Below are positions 7,565 through 15,180 of a stretch of DNA of 42,977 nt, piece by piece. How positions within the stretch are numbered: the stretch's first letter is position 1; each line of letters starts with the position of its first letter. The stretch comes from a virus (lineage: Duplodnaviria; Caudoviricetes). Below the pieces are notes generated by a model that did no database searches, was not told the origin of the DNA, and saw only the letters and a program-made list of their open reading frames with translations. The position numbers and the translations under genes were made by a program. The stretch lies in IMG/VR virus record IMGVR_UViG_3300044499_000026, positions 1-42,977 of that record; one strand, written 5' to 3'.

Positions 7565-9789
7565 CAGGCCCCTCCCGCATACAGTCGCGCCACGCGCGGC
7601 AGACCTTTGATCACGGTGCGCAACAAGACAGCCTCGCCCAGTTGGACAATGATCGTCTGCTGCTCCCCGCCGCCCCCCATCCCGAAGGCCTCTTGCAGAA
7701 ACGCCGCGCCGCGCTGGTTTAATGGGATAATGGCTTCCGGGCCGTGCAGGGTCGCTTGGGTCCCGCTGCCGAAGTCCCCGATGCCGCCTTCTTTAAAGCC
7801 GAGGTTGCCGGTGGCGGCGAGGGCGGCTGCAATGAGGGCGATGCCCACTAAGATGGCCCCGGCCCATGGAATCCCGAATATTGTCGCTGTCAGGGCCGCC
7901 GCAATCGCGCTCAGCACGCCCATGACAAAAGTGCCGATAGCAGTCACAGTCGCGACCATCGTCGCCACAATCGCTTCGAACCCCGCCAGTGTCCCGGCGA
8001 AGAATCCAAGGATCGCGGCTGATGCGCCTGCCCATATCCCCACCGTCGCCGTCGCGGCCGCTGCATCGCCCGAAACAATGGCGGCATTCGTCGCCGTCTT
8101 GAGCCCCACCTTGGCCGCTTCCGTCGCCGAGAGAATGCCCATCTCCACCGACGCTTGGAGCGCCCATTGCGCCGCCAATTGCACGCCGGTATTGAGCGCC
8201 CCCTGAATGATTGCCACCTGCGTGGCCTCCCAAGCCGCCTTCGCAAAGTTCCCGCCCTTCACAATGCTATTAGCAATCCCGCTCGTCCAGGTATTGATAA
8301 TTAAGCCGACCGAGAAGGCATTACTCGCCACAATATCTTGCAGTTGTTGCTGCCAGAAGGTTTTCACTTGCAGGCCTGATCTAATACGTTTGGTATCGGC
8401 GTTGACCTGCGCCACCCGAACCTGATTGATCAGTGACGCTTCTTTCGCAGCGGATTCTTCTTTGAACCTGAGCAGGTCGGCCTGACCTTTGGCATCAGTT
8501 GTGAAGGCCGCTGCCTTTGCTGCTATATACACCCGATAATTCTCAAGCATTCGTGTCGTATTATCCTGCTCGAACTTGCCCATATTCATAATCGCTTCTT
8601 GCTGGATCGTGGCAAATTCTCGCGTAGACAAGATGCCAAAGGCGTGCTTCTCTTCCAATTGAGCCATATAATTAGCTTGCTCTGCTTTCGCTAACCGATC
8701 GGCATCGTTGAAGGACGATTCCATGGCGCGCAATTGTGCGTCGTAAAAGGCCTGCTGCTGCGCGGCCACCTTCGCCGTATCGATTAACGCAGGGGGCTGC
8801 TTCCGTGTATCGCCGGTCGGTGCGACGATCTTAGCCATCTCAAACGCCATCCGTAGTCTCGCCACTTGCTTGTCCGACTCCGCCCCGATGAAGGCGAGCG
8901 TGGCCAGCGTTTGTGTCCAAGCTTCGGCAGAGAAGACCTTCGAGGAGAACATGATCCCGGAAAGTTCTTGCATCTGCAGGCCGAAATGCAGGACCTTTGT
9001 GGCCAGCACATCCCACGCCAGCCCGAACTCCGCCGCTTGATTGACTCCGATCACCATCAGATCCTTCAGCAGTTCTGTGATGAACTTAATATTCGGCGCG
9101 AGGGAGACGCCGAGCTGTTGCCCGAAGCGTTTGTAAGCCAGTTGCACATCGTCAATTTGATCGTCCATGTCTTTGAGTACCGCAATCTGCGATGTCGAGA
9201 GGGTGTCGCCTAAGTTCTTGGATGCAGCCCCCAGCGCATTCATCCCTTTTTCTCCGTCTTGAAACATCTTCAACGCCTGCTGCCAGCTCTTCCCTAACAG
9301 ATCCGTCATGATGGCGGTCTTCCCGAATCCATCAGCCAGATTCCCGGAGGCCACCACGATCTTACGAAGCAGATCATCTGTGCTCGTAACCTTCCTGATA
9401 TCAATACCCAACTGCACGAAGCGGGCACCTGCCGTGCCGGTGCCTTGCTTCGCCTGATCGAGACTCTGCGCGACATTCTTCAGCATGACGGCCAGATCCT
9501 GCCCGCTCAGGCCAGCCCGATTGAGCATCACATCATATTCCTGGAGCCGATCAGTATTGATGCCCGTGGCCGTCGCCAACTGATCCAATTCTTCCGCTTG
9601 TTTCCCTGCGGCAATCGTCATGGCCACGGCACTCGTCGCCACCGCGACGAAAGCAAAGGCCGCCGCTTTCCCAATTTGTTCCAGGCCTCGTTGCATTTGT
9701 TTGGCCGAGCCGCCGAGATCGCTGAACGCCTTCTGCAGGCCGCTCGCGTCCGCGCCGATCTTGACGATGAGGGAGCCGATGTCAGCCAC
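7564..9789 (-). CDS. Tail tape measure protein (741 aa)
   Basis: MADIGSLIVKIGAD N-terminus; Ala-rich helices; hydrophobic C-terminal region and FKEGG...HGPEAIIPL motif. Confidence 0.93.
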   Translation of the reverse strand: MADIGSLIVKIGADASGLQKAFSDLGGSAKQMQRGLEQIGKAAAFAFVAVATSAVAMTIAAGKQAEELDQLATATGINTDRLQEYDVMLNRAGLSGQDLAVMLKNVAQSLDQAKQGTGTAGARFVQLGIDIRKVTSTDDLLRKIVVASGNLADGFGKTAIMTDLLGKSWQQALKMFQDGEKGMNALGAASKNLGDTLSTSQIAVLKDMDDQIDDVQLAYKRFGQQLGVSLAPNIKFITELLKDLMVIGVNQAAEFGLAWDVLATKVLHFGLQMQELSGIMFSSKVFSAEAWTQTLATLAFIGAESDKQVARLRMAFEMAKIVAPTGDTRKQPPALIDTAKVAAQQQAFYDAQLRAMESSFNDADRLAKAEQANYMAQLEEKHAFGILSTREFATIQQEAIMNMGKFEQDNTTRMLENYRVYIAAKAAAFTTDAKGQADLLRFKEESAAKEASLINQVRVAQVNADTKRIRSGLQVKTFWQQQLQDIVASNAFSVGLIINTWTSGIANSIVKGGNFAKAAWEATQVAIIQGALNTGVQLAAQWALQASVEMGILSATEAAKVGLKTATNAAIVSGDAAAATATVGIWAGASAAILGFFAGTLAGFEAIVATMVATVTAIGTFVMGVLSAIAAALTATIFGIPWAGAILVGIALIAAALAATGNLGFKEGGIGDFGSGTQATLHGPEAIIPLNQRGAAFLQEAFGMGGGGEQQTIIVQLGEAVLLRTVIKGLPRVARLYAGGA

Positions 9790-10117
9790 GGGGCGTCCTC
9801 CCGAACATCATGGACAGCCGGTCATGAATCTCTTGGGGGGTCATGGTCTTCACGGGCTCCGGTGCGCCGAACGTGGGCATGAAGTCAGACGGCCTGAACT
9901 GATGCCCCTTCTTCGCGTGAATGTTCGCCATGGTGCTCGCCACAATCGCTGCTCCGAGATCGATGCGGTGCGACCCGAACGGATCGAGCTGGTAGTACGC
10001 CGCCCACTCCGCGATCTCATTGGACGAGATCGAACACAGCAATTCCTCGACTGTGCGCCCTAGTGCGAGGGCGAGCCGGAAGAGGAATTGACGGTCAGGG
10101 CGGCCACGGAGTTTTTT
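9782..10117 (-). CDS. Tail assembly chaperone, -1 frameshift extension (gpGT-like)
   Basis: The -1 frame is open from the slippery site: KLRGRPDRQFLFRLALALGRTVEELL...EWAAYYQLDPFG; it ends overlapping the TMP start. Confidence 0.85.
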   Translation of the reverse strand, partial: KKLRGRPDRQFLFRLALALGRTVEELLCSISSNEIAEWAAYYQLDPFGSHRIDLGAAIVASTMANIHAKKGHQFRPSDFMPTFGAPEPVKTMTPQEIHDRLSMMFGRTPRG

Positions 10118-10485
10118 ACTTTCTGCTCCAGGTCCTGCGGTCGAAGCGACGAGAGCCGCTGTGCCACGTCGAAGATCCGATCCAGGGCCGCGGCGTTCTT
10201 CTCGCCCAAGGCCGGCACATCCTCTTCGGAATAGAGCAACTCCCCCGCTTCATTGCAGACGGTCAACGCCAACAGCCGCGCCCGCGTGTTGTCGTGGACC
10301 AGCTCCACGTTGCCGTCGGCTTTGATCCGCACGCGTGAGCCTTCGAACTGATCGCGCCCCTTGCCCTGCAAACTCCTCACATACACCGTTCCGCCCCATT
10401 CCGGCACAAACACCGATTCAATCTGTACATCGATGGCACCGAGCATCTGCTCGCGCGTCAAACTGCCTTTGCCTGTGACGTCCAT
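10060..10485 (-). CDS. Tail assembly chaperone (gpG-like)
   Basis: LTREQML...VPEWGGTVYVRSL motif; start re-called at 10485 (GAGGAG RBS). Confidence 0.88.
   Translation of the reverse strand: MDVTGKGSLTREQMLGAIDVQIESVFVPEWGGTVYVRSLQGKGRDQFEGSRVRIKADGNVELVHDNTRARLLALTVCNEAGELLYSEEDVPALGEKNAAALDRIFDVAQRLSSLRPQDLEQKVKNSVAALTVNSSSGSPSH
10111..10117 (-). promoter_or_regulatory. Programmed -1 ribosomal frameshift slippery site A AAA AAC
   Basis: X XXY YYZ heptamer in the correct phase of the chaperone ORF; the -1 frame joins ORF 9782-10042. Confidence 0.88.
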
Positions 10486-10540
10486 AGCGCACACTCCTCT
10501 CGTTCGTTGAGGTCTCAACGACTCATTGCTGCCTGCTCGG

Positions 10541-10900
10541 TCAACCAGGAATACGCACGACGGCGAAACTGATCCCCGTCGTCGAACCCTTCAGGAACAC
10601 CTTCCCGCCGCTCTGCTCCCACCCTGGCTTACTGCCAAACCAGAAGGCAGCATATTCGCCGATCGTCATCGCGTAGGTCGTGATATCGCCCGTCCGATTT
10701 TGCCCATCGGCTACACTTTCCAGGGTGAAGGTCAGCGTCCCGGAGCTGGTCACGAGAAGCAGTTCTCGGCCGGTGAACGTGAATTCATCGAAGTTGACGG
10801 CATCGCACGCCGTAAAGACAAAATCCAGACTGTTCGCGGCCGGTTGGAGCGTGGGATACGGCCCCTTCGGGTTGATGATGGGTTGTGTCTGCCTTACCAT
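10541..10900 (-). CDS. Putative virion structural/decoration protein
   Basis: AGGAGG RBS; beta-rich 119 aa directly after the tail tube gene. Confidence 0.6.
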   Translation of the reverse strand: MVRQTQPIINPKGPYPTLQPAANSLDFVFTACDAVNFDEFTFTGRELLLVTSSGTLTFTLESVADGQNRTGDITTYAMTIGEYAAFWFGSKPGWEQSGGKVFLKGSTTGISFAVVRIPG

Positions 10901-10954
10901 AACTCCTCCTTCTCAGTACGACAAAATAATCAACGGTGCCTCTGCGTGCTTGAT

Positions 10955-11389
10955 CTATGCCGGGAATGTCGGCGCACCGGTCAAGGTCACGGTCATGTCG
11001 GCTTCGAGCACACCATCCGTCTCCGCCTTCGCCCCGAACGCCGTGATGTAGCCCTCGAAGAGCCATTCCGTGAGTCCGACATCCGGAAACACAAATTTGA
11101 ACTTCGTCTTGATGCGTCCGGTGAAATCCGCAAGCAACGCCTTATGGCCTGATGAGGCCGGGACAAGATTGATCGCGAAGGTAATTTCTCCTGGATCGAG
11201 CAGGCTCGAAATCTTCTCGCGCCACGCCCCAGCCGCCGCCGAGGAATGCGTCGTCACGTCGATGATGTCGCCCTTCATCGACGGACCGCTCATGGATTTG
11301 ACCTCAGCCACCGTGGCATAGGTGCCCGACGCGGGCGCGGTTTCGCGCTTGAGTAGTGTTCCGTAGGCGGGGATTGCTGCACTGGCCAT
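10955..11389 (-). CDS. Major tail tube protein
   Basis: GTLL...VAEVKSMSGP...IDVT...LLDPGEITF...FEGYITAF...TLTGAPT; start re-called at 11389 (AAGGAGG). Confidence 0.9.
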   Translation of the reverse strand: MASAAIPAYGTLLKRETAPASGTYATVAEVKSMSGPSMKGDIIDVTTHSSAAAGAWREKISSLLDPGEITFAINLVPASSGHKALLADFTGRIKTKFKFVFPDVGLTEWLFEGYITAFGAKAETDGVLEADMTVTLTGAPTFPA

Positions 11390-11480
11390 GATGTCCTCCT
11401 TCACAGGTTAGGCTTAATGATGCCGTACAAATGCCGAATGATCGTGGTCCATAATTCCTTCGTCTCTGGTGCCATTCCCA

Positions 11481-11954
11481 TTACACCTGCGCGTAGGGGT
11501 TGGTCCGCACATGCTCATAGACCACTTCAAACCGCACCCCTTTCGAGAGGTGCGGCTCGACGGCTTCCAGCTCCGTTTCCAGATAGTTCGGCGGATCGGT
11601 CTGAATCGCCAAGCCGTCCCAGGTGCGGTTCTCTGCCACACACCGTTCGATATCGGCGACCAAGCTATTCAAGATCTCACCACCGCTCCGTGGATCCGCC
11701 AGTTCGTCGTGCCGGGTAATGGGCACCAGCACCACTTCCATGCGCCGACGGACTGAGGGATACACGGATTGGCTCAATTCCACGGTGCATTCCCCTTCCT
11801 TGACGACGATGGTCGGCATGACCGCCGTCTCGACCCCGCTCAGATGATACCGTTGCACGGAGGCAATCGTGTTGCTGTACCCGTTTGTTACCGTGATCTG
11901 GCCCAGGGCGGCCGTGATCTTCTTCACGATTTGCTCCTGGACGCTGTCAGCCAT
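11481..11954 (-). CDS. Tail terminator protein
   Basis: Position before the tail tube; SVQEQIV...ITVTNGY...LVADIERCV pattern. Confidence 0.75.
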   Translation of the reverse strand: MADSVQEQIVKKITAALGQITVTNGYSNTIASVQRYHLSGVETAVMPTIVVKEGECTVELSQSVYPSVRRRMEVVLVPITRHDELADPRSGGEILNSLVADIERCVAENRTWDGLAIQTDPPNYLETELEAVEPHLSKGVRFEVVYEHVRTNPYAQV

Positions 11955-11955
11955 C

Positions 11956-12465
11956 CTAGAATCTCCCCACGCTCGCCAGCCCCTTCCGCAACGTCACTTC
12001 CGTCGCGCGCTTGCCTGCGTCTCCCACCTTCCGCAGCATGGCCGGCGCTTCGGCGTGGACCTGCTGCCGAAACTTCAGTCGGGCCGGAATCACCACTTTG
12101 TCGGTCACGGCCACAATCGGCCCACGGCCCTTCGCATGCAGGTAGAGCTTGCCGCTTCCCTTCGCGGTGATCGTCATGCCCTTCTCATGGACGTGCAGAA
12201 TGCGGGAGATCCCGATCTTCCCGCCCAACCCTTGCAAACTCTTCCCACTTACAAACGTAAAGACATTCTTACCCTTCCCGAGCACACCCGCCTTGATCCC
12301 CGGAGGCCCATGGAGTTGCGTGCGAATAAAGTTCTTGCGGATTCGTTTCAAGCCCCGACTTAACTCCCCGCGCATAAACCGTAACTGCACCTTCGGCGTG
12401 TCCACGACGGCCTTGAGGAAGGCCGGCAAAGCTGGGATGGATAGCTGGACGAGGCCTGTTCCCAT
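11956..12465 (-). CDS. Tail completion / neck protein (basic)
   Basis: Very basic; HEKG...KVVIPAR motif; located before the tail terminator. Confidence 0.7.
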   Translation of the reverse strand: MGTGLVQLSIPALPAFLKAVVDTPKVQLRFMRGELSRGLKRIRKNFIRTQLHGPPGIKAGVLGKGKNVFTFVSGKSLQGLGGKIGISRILHVHEKGMTITAKGSGKLYLHAKGRGPIVAVTDKVVIPARLKFRQQVHAEAPAMLRKVGDAGKRATEVTLRKGLASVGRF

Positions 12466-12592
12466 TATCGCGTCTCCCTTTATCTACAGGCCTCCCACAC
12501 TCGCGCTTCCCACTTCATCCATTCATACGAAAAATTCCGCCACTGCCCTGCGGTCATGCTACTTGGCACCTTCGGGGCCATCGGCTCCCGCG

Positions 12593-12940
12593 CTAATTCG
12601 TCTGCACATCGGTCGGGACTGCCGGGGCCTTCGTATCGAAAGGGACGGCCACACTCAGCCCTGATTCGTTGCCTGAAGTGTCCACCGCCGTCACGGCGAC
12701 GGTGCCTTCGAGATTCACGGGCAACGTCCAGGACGGGCGCACTCCGATGGCTGTTTGCGGGATCGTGGCGGTCACGGTCGTCTTCGTTGGCACACAGCCA
12801 GCGGGCTGACAGGCGTAGACTTTATAACTCGCAACGTCTGCTTCTGCGTTCCGTGCCCAATTGGCGTTTGTGGCGGCACTAGCCCACCCGACACAACTCA
12901 AGCACAGGACCAGACTGCTGAGAATGATGATGCTCTTCAT
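12593..12940 (-). CDS. Secreted fibronectin type III-like protein
   Basis: Signal peptide ending GWASA; W..NAEADVASYKVY...AVTAVDTSGNESGLS...DTKAPAVP; start re-called at 12940 (AAGGAGG). Confidence 0.8.
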   Translation of the reverse strand: MKSIIILSSLVLCLSCVGWASAATNANWARNAEADVASYKVYACQPAGCVPTKTTVTATIPQTAIGVRPSWTLPVNLEGTVAVTAVDTSGNESGLSVAVPFDTKAPAVPTDVQTN

Positions 12941-13103
12941 GGATGTCCTCCTTGGTGAATTGATATCGACACACGGCACAGAGACCATTGCGAATCAGTT
13001 TCGGCACGGTCACGTCTCCGCAACAGGGGGCAATGACATGGTAGATCGACATGGCGCGTTTGGTAGCTGAGTCGCCACAGTGGCAGGTCGGGCAGTGGAT
13101 CAT
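12879..13103 (-). CDS. Small Cys/His-rich hypothetical protein
   Basis: ATGA coupling to the upstream gene; CPTC, CC and CAVC motifs; 3' end overlaps the Fn3 gene. Confidence 0.45.
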   Translation of the reverse strand: MIHCPTCHCGDSATKRAMSIYHVIAPCCGDVTVPKLIRNGLCAVCRYQFTKEDIHEEHHHSQQSGPVLELCRVG

Positions 13104-14440
13104 TGTATGCGCATCCCACCAGAGCCACGGAGGCCTCCAGCCAACACACTAGACGAGGCAACACCGCCAGTAAATCCGATCTGCGCACAGGAAACGGGCA
13201 CCCCGCTGCGAATATGCACGTTGTCTTCGTACCGGAACGTCACTTGAATCGTAGGTGGCTCTCCAAGGCCTTGATTAGCATTGGCATAATTATTCCACGT
13301 AATTCCGTCTACGCCCCCTGCTGTTCCGAATGACAGTTGATTAAAGTTGATCCCGGAAATGTCCGTGATAAGGGTTTCGGTTGAGGTGCCCGGCTTCTGT
13401 ATCCACTGTCGAATCCGCCCGTTACTCATCGTGGTGAAATCCAGGTCGGCACGAATACACGCCCAGGTACCGAGTGGCCAATCCGTCGATTGCACATAGC
13501 TGGCGGTGCCGTGGTATTGGACATAGACGTTATCGAACGTACAATTGATTGTGCCGGAGGTCGTGACAGCACCAGCAATGGCGCTCGGACAGGACCCACT
13601 AACCAAAAAGTAACCGTAAAAAGGGAACGAGTCGTTTGGCCCCGCTTCCCCAAACCCTGAAATGGCGTCTCGGATCGCCCCACCGTTGCCGGACCATTCG
13701 TTCCACTTCCATGCGCTTTCGGTGATGCGCGAGGTATGCAGATTCGTGGGCAGGGCCACTGCGTAGGTGATCCCGATATGTTTGGTGGCCGTCCAAAACT
13801 TATCACCCAGGATCGAGCCAGTAGATCCCACCGCTACCCGATGCGTGAGGCTCGCGTTCCCGTCGAAGATGCCATTGCCACCGTCCGCAGTATTGGTGGG
13901 CACGGTCAACGTGCCTACCTCAGCAGTAAAATCGGAGTCTTGCGTATAAATCCCCATTACAGGCGTATAGGCGTTCGCCGTCCACAGATTCGCCGCCTCC
14001 CACGTTTTCATGCCATGACAGAGTGCTTCACCACAGACCACCCCAAGAGTAGGACTCGTTGGCTGCCCACCTGCCCAAATGGCATTACTCAAGCCATTGC
14101 CATAGAGATGATTCCAATACGAGTTGTAGCCACGATTCGGCGCACCGCCCCAACCCGTTTCATCGTACCAGGGGCCATAGGCTGCGGTTCCTCCACTCCC
14201 ACGGGTCGAAGCGGTTGTTACCCCGTACCCTGTATTCTGTCGCATGGTCGGGGCTTCAAAATCTTCGCAGACGAGAAGGAGTGGATCAAAAAAGACCCCC
14301 GCAGCGGGCACCACTTTGTCGCAGTAACAATTCGTGCCAAAAGTGCAGGGGGCGGCGCTCGCCTCACCTGCCATTAGAAACAGCCAGAGACAACTACCAA
14401 TTCCAATCAATGCAAGTTTATAGCGAAAGATGGTGGTCAT
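13100..14440 (-). CDS. Secreted beta-sandwich protein (ConA-like lectin / polysaccharide-lyase-like), 446 aa
   Basis: Signal peptide ending GEASA; CEDFE, GTWACI and YEDNVHI motifs; aromatic-rich; 10 Cys in the mature part. Confidence 0.6.
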   Translation of the reverse strand: MTTIFRYKLALIGIGSCLWLFLMAGEASAAPCTFGTNCYCDKVVPAAGVFFDPLLLVCEDFEAPTMRQNTGYGVTTASTRGSGGTAAYGPWYDETGWGGAPNRGYNSYWNHLYGNGLSNAIWAGGQPTSPTLGVVCGEALCHGMKTWEAANLWTANAYTPVMGIYTQDSDFTAEVGTLTVPTNTADGGNGIFDGNASLTHRVAVGSTGSILGDKFWTATKHIGITYAVALPTNLHTSRITESAWKWNEWSGNGGAIRDAISGFGEAGPNDSFPFYGYFLVSGSCPSAIAGAVTTSGTINCTFDNVYVQYHGTASYVQSTDWPLGTWACIRADLDFTTMSNGRIRQWIQKPGTSTETLITDISGINFNQLSFGTAGGVDGITWNNYANANQGLGEPPTIQVTFRYEDNVHIRSGVPVSCAQIGFTGGVASSSVLAGGLRGSGGMRIQ

Positions 14441-15180
14441 TGAGATTGCCTCTTCCGAAAGCCAAACGTCTCAGCACCCCCGCCCGCCGCCGCTTTCAGT
14501 GCCACGCCACTGATGGCCCAGGCAGTGATCGCCGAGATGTCGTCCGTCCAACTCATCGTCACTGACGGTGCTCCTGGCTCAGTGCTCGACCCCAACCGAT
14601 TAAAATTCGATGCGAAACCTATAGCGACTCGTTGCGTCTGCCCCGCCCCCGCTTGTAGCACGGCGGCGCTGTCTATCAGAGTCGCGAACAGGCAATCCAC
14701 GATCAAGTCGTCTGTGGCCCCACTCACATTCACCGTAGGGAGTGCGGACGCCCCAGTGGCGTTCGCGCGTGTTCCCACGGGCGTCGTTTGATGCACTCCT
14801 GAAGCCGTCAGCGCGAAGGCCGCCCACTCATCTGCGGCACTCAAGGTCACTACCACATTGTTTGCTCCTGTGGCGGGAGCAATCAATCGATAGAAACTCA
14901 CGCGTAGGCCGTTGCCATCAAAATCCGCCGTGCCGATAGGCGTAGCCAGGAAATCCACTCCGGCGTAGGTGCCCACGTCTACGGTTGTGACGGTAGAGTG
15001 CACCACGCCCACGGCCATGGCGCGATTCGCGTTGGTCGTCGTCGTGTGGCTCCACGTCTGGGTGGTGTCCACTTGAGAGCCACTGTTGGTGACGGCGTCG
15101 AAGACCACCTCCGCCGCCCAGCTTTGCAGGGGCAGGAGGAGCGTGAGAAGCAGGTTGAGGAGCAGAACGAGTCGTTTCAT
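14437..15180 (-). CDS. Secreted beta-sandwich virion-type protein, 247 aa
   Basis: Signal peptide ending QSWA; FDA...TWSHT...APATGANNVVVT...GVHQTTPV pattern resembling phage accessory-fibre domains. Confidence 0.65.
   Translation of the reverse strand: MKRLVLLLNLLLTLLLPLQSWAAEVVFDAVTNSGSQVDTTQTWSHTTTTNANRAMAVGVVHSTVTTVDVGTYAGVDFLATPIGTADFDGNGLRVSFYRLIAPATGANNVVVTLSAADEWAAFALTASGVHQTTPVGTRANATGASALPTVNVSGATDDLIVDCLFATLIDSAAVLQAGAGQTQRVAIGFASNFNRLGSSTEPGAPSVTMSWTDDISAITAWAISGVALKAAAGGGAETFGFRKRQSQ

Noticed and set aside
10541-11389. Frameshift or read-through fusion of the tail tube to the downstream protein
   Set aside because: No slippery site was found, and the downstream gene has its own strong AGGAGG RBS.
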